64,000 bases of DNA from Turneriella sp. (GTDB lineage: Bacteria; Spirochaetota; Leptospiria; Turneriellales; Turneriellaceae): the NCBI GenBank assembly GCA_965279515.1, contig CBDIID010000003.1, forward strand, positions 2,272,001 to 2,336,000. Direction: 5' to 3'. Below, piece by piece: positions 29,146 to 38,094 of the stretch (position 1 is its first letter; each line of letters starts with the position of its first letter). Made by a program: the position numbers and the translations under genes. A model generated the notes under the pieces. The model ran no database searches, was not told the DNA's origin, and saw only the letters and a list, made by a program, of their open reading frames with translations.

Positions 29146-29474
29146 GTTCAACAATACCTGCTGTAAAATGTAAGGATTGCGGCACGCCGCACCCGAAGGG
29201 TATCGCGGCCTGCCCGGCCTGCGGATCGATGAACCTCGAGGATTATGAAGCGAAAGGCACGGGTGCGATCTATACGTACTCGGTGAATACCTTCGTGCCG
29301 ATGGGTAAACACAAGGCGCGTGCGCCGTATTGTATGGCTGTGGTCGAGACCGACGACAAGATGCGCATCACGGCCATCGTCGAAATGCCCGATGCCAACA
29401 CGGCAAAGATTGGCGATAAGGTGCAGTTCAAGGCTTACGAAGACAAACTGACGCCGGTGTTTTCGAAGATCTAA
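29142..29474 (+). CDS. DUF35 Zn-ribbon/OB-fold protein
   Basis: CKDCG..CPACGS plus GTGAIYTYS; 4-bp overlap with thiolase. Confidence 0.88.
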   Translation: MSSTIPAVKCKDCGTPHPKGIAACPACGSMNLEDYEAKGTGAIYTYSVNTFVPMGKHKARAPYCMAVVETDDKMRITAIVEMPDANTAKIGDKVQFKAYEDKLTPVFSKI

Positions 29475-29562
29475 CCCCCCTCGATCCCCCCTTATAGGGG
29501 GGATGCCCTTTGTATCCCCTCCCCTATAAGGGGAGGGGTGGCCGTAGGCCGGGGTGGGGTTA
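29472..29562. repeat. C/G-rich multi-hairpin REP-like element between convergent genes
   Basis: Stems ATCCCCCCT/AGGGGGGAT, CCCCTCCCCT/AGGGGAGGGG, GGCC/GGCC; bounded by TAA and TTA stop codons. Confidence 0.7.
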
Positions 29563-30615
29563 TCGCAACCCCAACGCCCGCTGGAAAAAATTTACCAGCG
29601 GGTTTTCGAACCTGCCCAGCAATTTCTTCACGGCGAAGACGGCAATAAACGCCGTTGCCACAGTTAACATCCAAATCAATAAGGTCGGCAGACCTGGTAG
29701 CTGCCAGTTCAGAAACCGCAGAATCTGCGGATGTACCAGGTAAACGCTGAACGTCAACCCTGCCAGCGTGGCAATTTTTCCGGAGCCTTGCATCCCCCGC
29801 TCCGCCATTGCATGCAGCAGATAAATCACCGCCAGCGCATAGAGCGCTACGCTCGGCCGGGAGAAATGATTGTAATAATCGACCGGGGTACCCAGCCGCG
29901 AGTAATAGATATAGTCATGGAGCACAAGAACCAGGGCTATAAACACGGCGGTGATTGCTGTGAACATACCCCACGGTGCGGGCGGCGTCTTCGCGTGCAG
30001 AATGCCGAGCATAAAATACGGCAACCAGTAGATGCAGAACGAAGCATGCCAGCCCGGATGCGTTAGGCCAAGATAGCCCAGCGTCCGCTCCGACGTGGTT
30101 TTATAAAGAAATAAAACCACGAACAGGAAGACGATGAGCACGAACAGCCGGAACGCCTTTGCCGATCTCTCATGCAGCCACAACATTAACGGAAAGAGCA
30201 GATAACACTGCAGAAGGATGACCAGAAAGTACAAATGATAATCCCCGCTGCCTTTTCGCAGCGTGTCAATAATGACCCACGGTGTCAGATACTGAGAATT
30301 CAGCGCAAGCCCCCACGCGGAGAAAAAAAGATAAGGAATCAGAATCGTTGCCAGGCGCTTTGTGAGAAAAAAAACATAGTCGGATGCAAAACTTTCGCTC
30401 CGGCGTTTGTCCGAAAGCGCCAAACCATATGCGGAAAGATATAAAAATAGCGGCACGCTGAAGCGCGCCCACTGATTTAACAGCACACTGACAAAATCTG
30501 CAGAGAAAAAATCATGTTTTGCCGCAAAACTGTTCTCTGATGTACTGGTCGCATGAATTCCGACGACGGCGATTGCAGCTATTACCTTGGCGAAGTCAGT
30601 GAGTTCACGGCGCAT
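29560..30615 (-). CDS. Acyltransferase family 3 membrane protein
   Basis: AVVGIH, RFSVPLFLYLS, YHLYFLVILLQCYLLFP, FSVYLVH; ATG 30615 lies 7 nt after a minus-strand TATAAT (alternative start 30624). Confidence 0.85.
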   Translation of the reverse strand: MRRELTDFAKVIAAIAVVGIHATSTSENSFAAKHDFFSADFVSVLLNQWARFSVPLFLYLSAYGLALSDKRRSESFASDYVFFLTKRLATILIPYLFFSAWGLALNSQYLTPWVIIDTLRKGSGDYHLYFLVILLQCYLLFPLMLWLHERSAKAFRLFVLIVFLFVVLFLYKTTSERTLGYLGLTHPGWHASFCIYWLPYFMLGILHAKTPPAPWGMFTAITAVFIALVLVLHDYIYYSRLGTPVDYYNHFSRPSVALYALAVIYLLHAMAERGMQGSGKIATLAGLTFSVYLVHPQILRFLNWQLPGLPTLLIWMLTVATAFIAVFAVKKLLGRFENPLVNFFQRALGLR

Positions 30616-30757
30616 TGCAGACATTATAAGGATAGGAAACTTTTTCGGAAATAAAAAGTAAACGGTTGTTTGGAATTATTTTTCGTTATGTCGCATTGTT
30701 TGTCTGTTTTTTCTACTAAACGTTTGACATGTGCGGTGGCTGATTAGTATGCTCTTC

Positions 30758-33379
30758 GTGCAGCAGCGAATATTTTTTCTCATCATCTTTTTCTTTTCCT
30801 CTTCTGGTTTTTTATTCTCCGCCGATTACGATTTTAATATCGATGAGAATACGGCGCCGGCAAAGCCCGACAAAAAAAATAAAAAGAATAAAACTGAAGT
30901 ACGCCGCGAAGAATCGGACCCTGACGCTGCGAAAACTCCACTGACAAAACCCACAAAAAAAGATGCAGTCTCAAGCGCCGACGTCTTCGAGCTCTTTAAG
31001 GGCGAGCAGAAAGTTGCGATCGTGTCCAAAAAAGAAGAGCGCGTACAGGACGCCCCCGCGACAATTTATGTTGTAGGCGAAAAAGAGATAAAAGAACGCG
31101 GGTATTTGTTTTTGCACGACCTGCTGCGCGATGTTCCAGGGTTTGATTTTACCAACGATCTCGGTACCTACGGCATGATGGCGATGCAGCGGGGCGTCGA
31201 TTCTCCGGAGAATAATAAGACGCTGATCTTTATCGACGGAATTTCAACAAACAACCCCTCGCAGGGGGTGAGTTATATGTCTTATCAATTCGCACTCCAC
31301 AACGTAAAGCGGGTCGAGATTCTTTGGGGGCCGGCTTCAGCGCTCTACGGAGCGAACGCCTTTTCGGGTATCATCAACATCGTAACCAAGACCGCAGATG
31401 ATCTGGAGGCCGAAGGAAAACTTGGGCATGTCAGTGCCGGAACAGTTATTCCACGCCTCTCGCAATCGGCAACTCCGGCAGGTATGTATTTTGACTTTCT
31501 GGCGGGCGGAAGAATGTGGGAGGATGAAAACGCGGGAAAAATTACCGTTTCAGGACATTATATCCGATCGGATACCGGCCCTGAGTATGGTCGGCATTAC
31601 GATCCGGCGAAGGGAGCAAAAACCAATGCAGAATATTCTGTTCCCAGTGGCGGAACAATGCCCATATTGGGAGACTATAGTGCGCAGATTCGCTTTGATT
31701 ACAAAGGATTAACCGTCGGGGCACGGGCATGGTATATCATGTCTAAGCAGGGGGGATTCGCAAATTACAACGCGAGCGCCGTAGAACTGGCGTATTGGGG
31801 GTTTCAGGGTCAGGATGTCTATGCGAAATATAATCACAAATTCAATCAGACCTTCTCTACATTCTCCCAAGTCAGTTTCCGTGCGAGCCAGCTACCCGAG
31901 GGTGAATATGGTAAGCGCGTTGTGGATGCCGATAGAGATTGTACGATAGCGGGGGCGGCCACGACTTGTTCCCCTGCGACCTCAGCGGGAAATCCCAGCA
32001 GTTCTACACCAGGGCGTCTGCTTTGGTACAAACGCAACGACTTTGCCCTTTCAATAGATCAGCAGGCAACCTTTGATTGGAATGTGCATTCTGCAACGAA
32101 CGTGGGGATTTTTGGCGAGTACGCTAAAGTCTCAAACTGGAATACCAATGACACTTCGCTTAGTAAGTGGAATGGGACCGCTTTTACTCAACGTTACCTA
32201 GACGAACGTAAAGGCAGCTTTGACGGCAATGGCAAGGTAACGGATGAAGGTGTCGGCCCCGAGGATAAAGATGAGGTCTACTTTAAACAATATAACTTCG
32301 CTGCTTACGCGCAACATAGCGAAACCTTTTTTCAACAGTTGAAATTTACGATCGGTGGCCGCGGGGATCTATTCGTGTTAAAAGGACAAGAAGGTCCTCA
32401 ACCGATCGGCGTAGCCGCAACTTCAACTTGTGCAAGCTGTGACACAAGTACGGTTTATTCCGATGCGCAGGCCGGGGCCGCGGGAGCGCAACTTAAGCGA
32501 AGTGGAATCTATTATAATATAAGTGACGTCAATGTAAATGTCTTCTCACTAAATCCCCGAATCGGCATAGTCTGGAACCCCAATCAGACGCATACAGTGA
32601 AACTACTCCATGGCTGGGCTTTCCGAAACCCAACAGTGCGCGAACGATTCTCCCTATCCAGCAGCCGGATTCCGATAGGTGCAGATTTGAAACCGGAACA
32701 AATCAAGACAACTGAACTGGGTTACGCAATAAAGCCGCTGAAATTCCTGCGGGCCGAAATCGATGGCTTCTGGTCTGAAGTACAGGACCTCATTCAACTT
32801 TCGGATTCCAAATTCGGAAAATCCGGCTCGAGTTCGGCGATGACGCAGTTTCAGAACATCGGCTCCGCCCGGCTTTTGGGTTTTGAAATCAAAACCGATA
32901 TCGCCCTCATACAGACGAAGCCCCTGAGCATGCTATTATTCCTTAACTATTCGTTCCAAAACAACCGCTATCTCGATGTCAGTAGCGCGGGTGCAACATC
33001 ACTCAGCCATGAGAACGATCGTCCGGGAGATACGCAAAATTCTTATCAGATGCCGAGGGTATCGCAGCATAAGGCGAATATTGGTATCACCTTATATATT
33101 CAGCGCTATTTCTCTATCTCCCCCATCTTTCATTATGTGGGAGCCCGCCCGAACGTGATTACCAGTCCGGTAAATTATATACCCGCTTATGGCTTGGTTA
33201 ACCTCAGCCTCGGCTACCATAATCCAAAGAACGATTGGGATGCTTCAATTTATATTTTTAATCTTTTAGATCAGGACATCAACGACCCTGGAACGCGGGA
33301 TGCCAGCGGTGTCTATTACTCCGCCATGCGTCCCGAGGCGCGCCTCACAATCTGGGCAAAACTTACCTACAAAATATGA
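30758..33379 (+). CDS. TonB-dependent outer-membrane receptor
   Basis: Plug motifs DAPATIYVV, LRDVPG, VKRVEILWGPASALYGANAFSGIINIVTK; barrel motifs AFRNPT, LKPEQIKTTELG, C-terminal LTYKI; start uncertain (30731 or 30758). Confidence 0.9.
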   Translation: MQQRIFFLIIFFFSSSGFLFSADYDFNIDENTAPAKPDKKNKKNKTEVRREESDPDAAKTPLTKPTKKDAVSSADVFELFKGEQKVAIVSKKEERVQDAPATIYVVGEKEIKERGYLFLHDLLRDVPGFDFTNDLGTYGMMAMQRGVDSPENNKTLIFIDGISTNNPSQGVSYMSYQFALHNVKRVEILWGPASALYGANAFSGIINIVTKTADDLEAEGKLGHVSAGTVIPRLSQSATPAGMYFDFLAGGRMWEDENAGKITVSGHYIRSDTGPEYGRHYDPAKGAKTNAEYSVPSGGTMPILGDYSAQIRFDYKGLTVGARAWYIMSKQGGFANYNASAVELAYWGFQGQDVYAKYNHKFNQTFSTFSQVSFRASQLPEGEYGKRVVDADRDCTIAGAATTCSPATSAGNPSSSTPGRLLWYKRNDFALSIDQQATFDWNVHSATNVGIFGEYAKVSNWNTNDTSLSKWNGTAFTQRYLDERKGSFDGNGKVTDEGVGPEDKDEVYFKQYNFAAYAQHSETFFQQLKFTIGGRGDLFVLKGQEGPQPIGVAATSTCASCDTSTVYSDAQAGAAGAQLKRSGIYYNISDVNVNVFSLNPRIGIVWNPNQTHTVKLLHGWAFRNPTVRERFSLSSSRIPIGADLKPEQIKTTELGYAIKPLKFLRAEIDGFWSEVQDLIQLSDSKFGKSGSSSAMTQFQNIGSARLLGFEIKTDIALIQTKPLSMLLFLNYSFQNNRYLDVSSAGATSLSHENDRPGDTQNSYQMPRVSQHKANIGITLYIQRYFSISPIFHYVGARPNVITSPVNYIPAYGLVNLSLGYHNPKNDWDASIYIFNLLDQDINDPGTRDASGVYYSAMRPEARLTIWAKLTYKI

Positions 33380-34728
33380 GAATAATCCATCGACGCACAG
33401 CAGTTGTCATTTGCGTGGGACTCTGTTTGTTTTCCATCCGGGTCAGCCATGCCGAAAAAGATAAGCAGGTCTTCATCGTTTACGAAAAAGGTTCCCGCTT
33501 CCAGGAAATCACGCTCGATGGCATACAAAGCCGGCTAACCAATACAAAAGCCGTCATTCTGGGTGACGACTCACCCCTGAAGAATTGCGACGACGGCAAT
33601 ACCGCGGCGGTGATCGCCATTGGTAAACCCTCACTGGACAAGTCCCTGGAGAGCTGCAAAACGACCCCGGTGATTTTTTCCCTGGTTTCGGCACCACGAT
33701 TCAGCGATTACCGCTCGCACCATAACATAACCGGCGTCAGTTTCGACCTTTCGTTCAGATTATTCCTCGCGGAATTCCAGAAGGTCATGAAACCGGGTTC
33801 CCGCATCGGCTTCATCTACAGCTCACCGCAGAACGAGTTCCTAACAACGGAAATTGACTATGTGGAAGGCGACTTTAATTTCACGGGCGTGCGCGTGAAG
33901 ATTGAGAACCGCGAACAGATTGGCGCAAAAATCAAACAACTCATCGAAGAAGAAAAGGTAAAAGCCATCTGGGTCTTACCCGACCCGCTCTACAATCAGG
34001 CGATCTTCCGCAAACTCGCCGATCTCTGCAGCGAGAAGGGAGTCCTGCTCGTCACAAATTTCGAAGTCCTGGTCACGGAAGCGGGCGCAGCCATCGCGCT
34101 CGCGCCCAGCTATTTCGATACCGGCGTACAGACCGCCGAAATGGCGCAGAAGGTCATCAGCGGCACAAATCCATCGGACATTGCCTACCAGAGACCGCGG
34201 CAATCCGGTGTTTACCTGAACCTCAAGCTTTTCCAGGAATTAAAGATCGACCTGCCGGATGATCTGCGCTTCAAGGAAAAAGTGACGACCCTGCTCAACG
34301 ACGCGCAAGAACTACAAAAAGACGGCAGCACCGGCAGCGCGCTGGCGAAATTCCGCGAAGTTCTGAAATATGACAAAAAAAACGCGACGGCGACGTACTT
34401 TGTAAACTCCATTGAAGCAAAAAGCAACCTGAGCGCTGCGTATGGGCGTATTCAAAGCGGCAACCGGCGCGGCGCAATACCGCTGCTGATCGCCGCAGGG
34501 CGTTTTTTGCCCGAGGCGCGCAGTCGTCTCGCTTCATTGCGCGCCGAAATGCGCGGCGAGGTCGGCGGCATCTTCGAACAAGGCGTGGCGCAGTTCAAAA
34601 ATAAAAAATACCGGGAATGCATTAATACGATGAACCTCGTGCTGATGATCGACCCGGGAAACCGTGAAGCCGAAATATATAAGGAGAAGTCCGGAAAACG
34701 CGCGAAAGCCGTTTCGGCAATACACTGA
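33376..34728 (+). CDS. Periplasmic ABC substrate-binding-like protein fused to TPR region
   Basis: Signal peptide; AVIAIG, PVIFSLV, NITGVS, RIGFIYS, AIWVLPD, DTGVQTAEMA; C-terminal TPR-like helices. Confidence 0.8.
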   Translation: MRIIHRRTAVVICVGLCLFSIRVSHAEKDKQVFIVYEKGSRFQEITLDGIQSRLTNTKAVILGDDSPLKNCDDGNTAAVIAIGKPSLDKSLESCKTTPVIFSLVSAPRFSDYRSHHNITGVSFDLSFRLFLAEFQKVMKPGSRIGFIYSSPQNEFLTTEIDYVEGDFNFTGVRVKIENREQIGAKIKQLIEEEKVKAIWVLPDPLYNQAIFRKLADLCSEKGVLLVTNFEVLVTEAGAAIALAPSYFDTGVQTAEMAQKVISGTNPSDIAYQRPRQSGVYLNLKLFQELKIDLPDDLRFKEKVTTLLNDAQELQKDGSTGSALAKFREVLKYDKKNATATYFVNSIEAKSNLSAAYGRIQSGNRRGAIPLLIAAGRFLPEARSRLASLRAEMRGEVGGIFEQGVAQFKNKKYRECINTMNLVLMIDPGNREAEIYKEKSGKRAKAVSAIH

Positions 34729-34729
34729 T

Positions 34730-36853
34730 ATGAACAGAATATCCATCAAGCTCGCATTGACAGTCCTGATCGTGGCGGTCGTCGCCGCGATTCCGCTGTC
34801 GATGTATATACTGCTGAAACAAGAAAAAGAAAAGATCGAATCGACGATTGCGATCGGCCGGGGTAATACAAAGCTGCTCGGTAAAACCATGCTCGATGTT
34901 TTTCTCAAATCGGGTGGTGAACCAAATTCAATGCGCATCGATGCCGAAGAGGCGATGAACACGTACCGTGACCAGTTTGAATTGGGGCTTGTGTTCGGAC
35001 AGACGCTGATGCTCAGCAAACAACACCGCGGCCTGATCATGGCATCTTTGGATAAAAACGCCGTCGATAAGGTTAAGAAAGCCGAAGCAGGGAAGGAAAA
35101 ACCAGCCGCGACCAGCCGGAAGGAAGATGAAATCAGCAACTTCCTGAAATATGAAGAGAACCACTCCGGCCCCTGTTTTAACAACCCGGCGGAAAAATGT
35201 TATAATTTTTCATACGTGGCAAAATATGAAAAGACGCCGGTCATTCTTTCTGTCATGTCGATTTCAGAAAAACATGTCCTGGACCCTATCCACCGCCTGC
35301 GGTTGCTGATCTACATCAGCGCCGGGGTTGCCGTCGTGCTCGCCCTCATCCTGGGCGTGGGGGTTTCACGCTTCATCACTGGCCCGATTACCGCGCTGGT
35401 CGAAGGCGTGCACCGGTATACGAAGGGTGATCTTGATTATAAGGTGGATATCCGCGTCAAAGACGAGCTCAAGACCCTCGGCACGGCCTTCAACGACATG
35501 GCCGACCAGATCGCCACGAAAATCCGGGAGATCGAAGACCACCGCGACAACCTCGAAGTGAAAGTGGAGGAGAGAACCTCGGAACTGCGCACGGCCCTCA
35601 CCGAAGTTTCGAAACTCAAGGAACAACAGGATGCAGACTATTACCTGACAACTTTTCTTTTCAAACCGCTGTGCATTAACCGCAATTCGTCGGAATACGT
35701 TACAACTGAATTTTTTCTCAAGCAAAAAAAGGAATTTTCATTCCGCGATAAAAAAGGAGAGATCGGCGGCGACATCTGCATCACGGCCAACCTGTTGTTC
35801 CGCGAAGCCGACGGCAAGGTCAACCGCTACCTGTTCGCCACCAATGCCGACGCGATGGGCAAATCGATCCAGGGTGCAGGCGGCGCCATCGTCTATGGCA
35901 CGGCGATCAATACCATCATCGCTTCGTCCACTGCCAACAACCGCGTGCTCGAGACTTCGCCGCGCGAATGGCTGATGCGTATGTACCGCGAACTCCACAA
36001 TATTTTCCTGTCTTTCGACGGCTCCATGCTCGTTTCAGGTGTCTTTATGCTGCTCAATGAGCATAACGGCAATGCATACTACATCAATGCCGAACATCCG
36101 TGGACGATTTTGTTCCGCGACAACAAGCCCGAGTTTATCGAGCAGGATCTCATGCTGCGCAAACTCGGCGCCGATATTCCGGGGCATACGCTGACGGTGA
36201 AAGAATTCTCATTCCGTGTCGGCGATGTCTTGTTTCTTGCATCTGACGGTCGCGACGACATTGTTCTCAAAGAAGCCGAGAACGGCCAGAACCGCATTAT
36301 CAATGAAGATGAAAAAGCCATTCTGGATATCATTCTGCAGGGTAGCGGCAGCCTGCAGAAGACCGTCGAAACCCTGCAGAGCTCGGGCGGATTCTCCGAC
36401 GATTTATCGATGATTCGTATCGAGGTTTTGGGTTTCAACCCGGAACCCATTGAGCGGCAACGCATCACGGAAAATGCCCGCAAGTCCGTAAAAGAACGCC
36501 TGTCCGAAATCAAACTCCTCATCCAGAGAAAAGATTTCGCGGGCGCCGCGACCGCGCTGCAATCGACTTCATCGGAACTCAATATCGAAAATGTTCCGCA
36601 GTATTACATCCTGCTCAGCCGCATACAGCTGAACGACGGACAACTGCACCTGGCACGCGAGAGCCTTGAAAAGGCGCTGCGGCTCGGGCATGAAGCGGCG
36701 CCGACTTATAAATCACTGGGCAATGTATTCTATAAGCTCAAGATGAAAAAAGAAGCTGTCGAGGCATGGGAAAAAGCCATGCTCTTAAACCCCGAAGACA
36801 GATCGTTGCGTAACTTGCTCGACGAAGTACAAGCTCAAGCCGTTACGGGCTAA
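34730..36853 (+). CDS. Membrane sensor with HAMP domain, SpoIIE/PP2C phosphatase and TPR
   Basis: Two TM helices, HAMP (ITGPITAL..DELKTLGTAFNDMA), GGDIC, ADAMGKS, SDGRDD, DDLSM; ATG 34730 chosen. Confidence 0.88.
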   Translation: MNRISIKLALTVLIVAVVAAIPLSMYILLKQEKEKIESTIAIGRGNTKLLGKTMLDVFLKSGGEPNSMRIDAEEAMNTYRDQFELGLVFGQTLMLSKQHRGLIMASLDKNAVDKVKKAEAGKEKPAATSRKEDEISNFLKYEENHSGPCFNNPAEKCYNFSYVAKYEKTPVILSVMSISEKHVLDPIHRLRLLIYISAGVAVVLALILGVGVSRFITGPITALVEGVHRYTKGDLDYKVDIRVKDELKTLGTAFNDMADQIATKIREIEDHRDNLEVKVEERTSELRTALTEVSKLKEQQDADYYLTTFLFKPLCINRNSSEYVTTEFFLKQKKEFSFRDKKGEIGGDICITANLLFREADGKVNRYLFATNADAMGKSIQGAGGAIVYGTAINTIIASSTANNRVLETSPREWLMRMYRELHNIFLSFDGSMLVSGVFMLLNEHNGNAYYINAEHPWTILFRDNKPEFIEQDLMLRKLGADIPGHTLTVKEFSFRVGDVLFLASDGRDDIVLKEAENGQNRIINEDEKAILDIILQGSGSLQKTVETLQSSGGFSDDLSMIRIEVLGFNPEPIERQRITENARKSVKERLSEIKLLIQRKDFAGAATALQSTSSELNIENVPQYYILLSRIQLNDGQLHLARESLEKALRLGHEAAPTYKSLGNVFYKLKMKKEAVEAWEKAMLLNPEDRSLRNLLDEVQAQAVTG

Positions 36854-37629
36854 TGCACGTATTCATCACAGGGGCCGCGACCGGTATCGGCGAGGCGACC
36901 ATCGACCGCTGGCTTGAAAAAGAGCCCGCGTCTTCGTTTACCATTGCCGACAAGAATGAAGTGGCACTCGCCGCGGTCTGTAAAAAACTTGGAGGCCGTG
37001 GCATCAAGGTTCACGGCATTCAGGCCGATCTGACGCAGCTCGAAAAAATTCCCGCGGTCGTCAAAGAATCGCTCGATAAAATGGGCCCGATCGACGTGCT
37101 CATCAACAATGCGGGCATCATGCTGGTTGAAGATTTCTCACAGATGACCTGGGAAAAAGGCAAGCTGATGCTCGACATCAACCTGACGGCGCCGCTGCGG
37201 CTCATCTATGAGATTCTGCCGCATATGATAAAGCGGCAGTCAGGCGGCATCATCAATATCGCAAGTATGGCGGGCAAGGCGCTGTTGCCGGGCTGTACCT
37301 GGTATGGCGCCTCGAAGGCCGGTATTGGCCATGCCTCAGAGATACTCTATAGTGAGGTGAAACCTCAGGGCATACACGTGCTGACGGTTTACCCCGGCCC
37401 CATTGCCACCGAGCTTGAAAAGGGCGCGCGGCAGGGCTATGAAGACAGCTGGATCACGCAGATGATGCCGGTAGGCGACCGTTACAAGCTCGCTGAGAAG
37501 ATCGTGGGCGCTTATTTCAGAAAGGATGCCGTCCTCGCCTACCCTGAAATCTATGATACCGCGCGGCACTTTCACTCCCTCGCTGGTTGGTTCGTGCGTA
37601 TTTTCGGACCGAAGACACGCGCGGCGTAG
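36853..37629 (+). CDS. Short-chain dehydrogenase/reductase
   Basis: ITGAATGIG, LINNAG, YGASK. Confidence 0.92.
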   Translation: MHVFITGAATGIGEATIDRWLEKEPASSFTIADKNEVALAAVCKKLGGRGIKVHGIQADLTQLEKIPAVVKESLDKMGPIDVLINNAGIMLVEDFSQMTWEKGKLMLDINLTAPLRLIYEILPHMIKRQSGGIINIASMAGKALLPGCTWYGASKAGIGHASEILYSEVKPQGIHVLTVYPGPIATELEKGARQGYEDSWITQMMPVGDRYKLAEKIVGAYFRKDAVLAYPEIYDTARHFHSLAGWFVRIFGPKTRAA

Positions 37630-37648
37630 AATTAGCTTGTTTCGCCGA

Positions 37649-37793
37649 GGTTGCCGAAAAGCGTGAAAACCGGAAGCCTCGCCGTTTGCTAAGGCAAACG
37701 GCTGCTAAAGCGCTACGCGACTTGGTTGCCAAGTCGCTCCGCTGCTTCCGGTTTTCAGTGCCTGCAAATTCGGCGGCTCGCTTTTCGGCAACC
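37649..37793. repeat. Nested inverted-repeat (cruciform) intergenic element
   Basis: Perfect 15-bp and 14-bp outer stems enclosing two 9-bp hairpins. Confidence 0.8.
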
Positions 37794-37860
37794 CTGCTTA
37801 TGTCTCATCGCACACTGCTTTTTTCTCATGTAACTACTGCGAGTCCACCGAGAATAAAGG

Positions 37861-38094
37861 GTGGATCTGAGCATACGCGTCTATGAGAAAGAGGGGGAAT
37901 TTGTCGCCTCTTGCCCCGAGCTCGACGTGTATACCTATGGCAACGATGCCGAAGAGGCGCGCCGCCGTCTGCGCCATGTTATCGCCTTTTACGCTTCAAC
38001 CGCACAGGATTTAGGCTACAAGATCGACGCTTCGGAATTACTCTCGAACCTGCAAAAACCGGCGCTGCCGCGCGGCGAATCTTTTTTGAACTAG
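37861..38094 (+). CDS. HicB-like antitoxin domain protein
   Basis: EGEFVASCPELDVYTYGNDAEEARRRL matches the HicB N-terminal pattern. Confidence 0.7.
   Translation: MDLSIRVYEKEGEFVASCPELDVYTYGNDAEEARRRLRHVIAFYASTAQDLGYKIDASELLSNLQKPALPRGESFLN

Noticed and set aside
37587..37886. 99-aa ORF across the cruciform element as a possible HicA toxin
   Set aside because: No HicA motif; the sequence is explained by the inverted repeats and overlaps both neighbours
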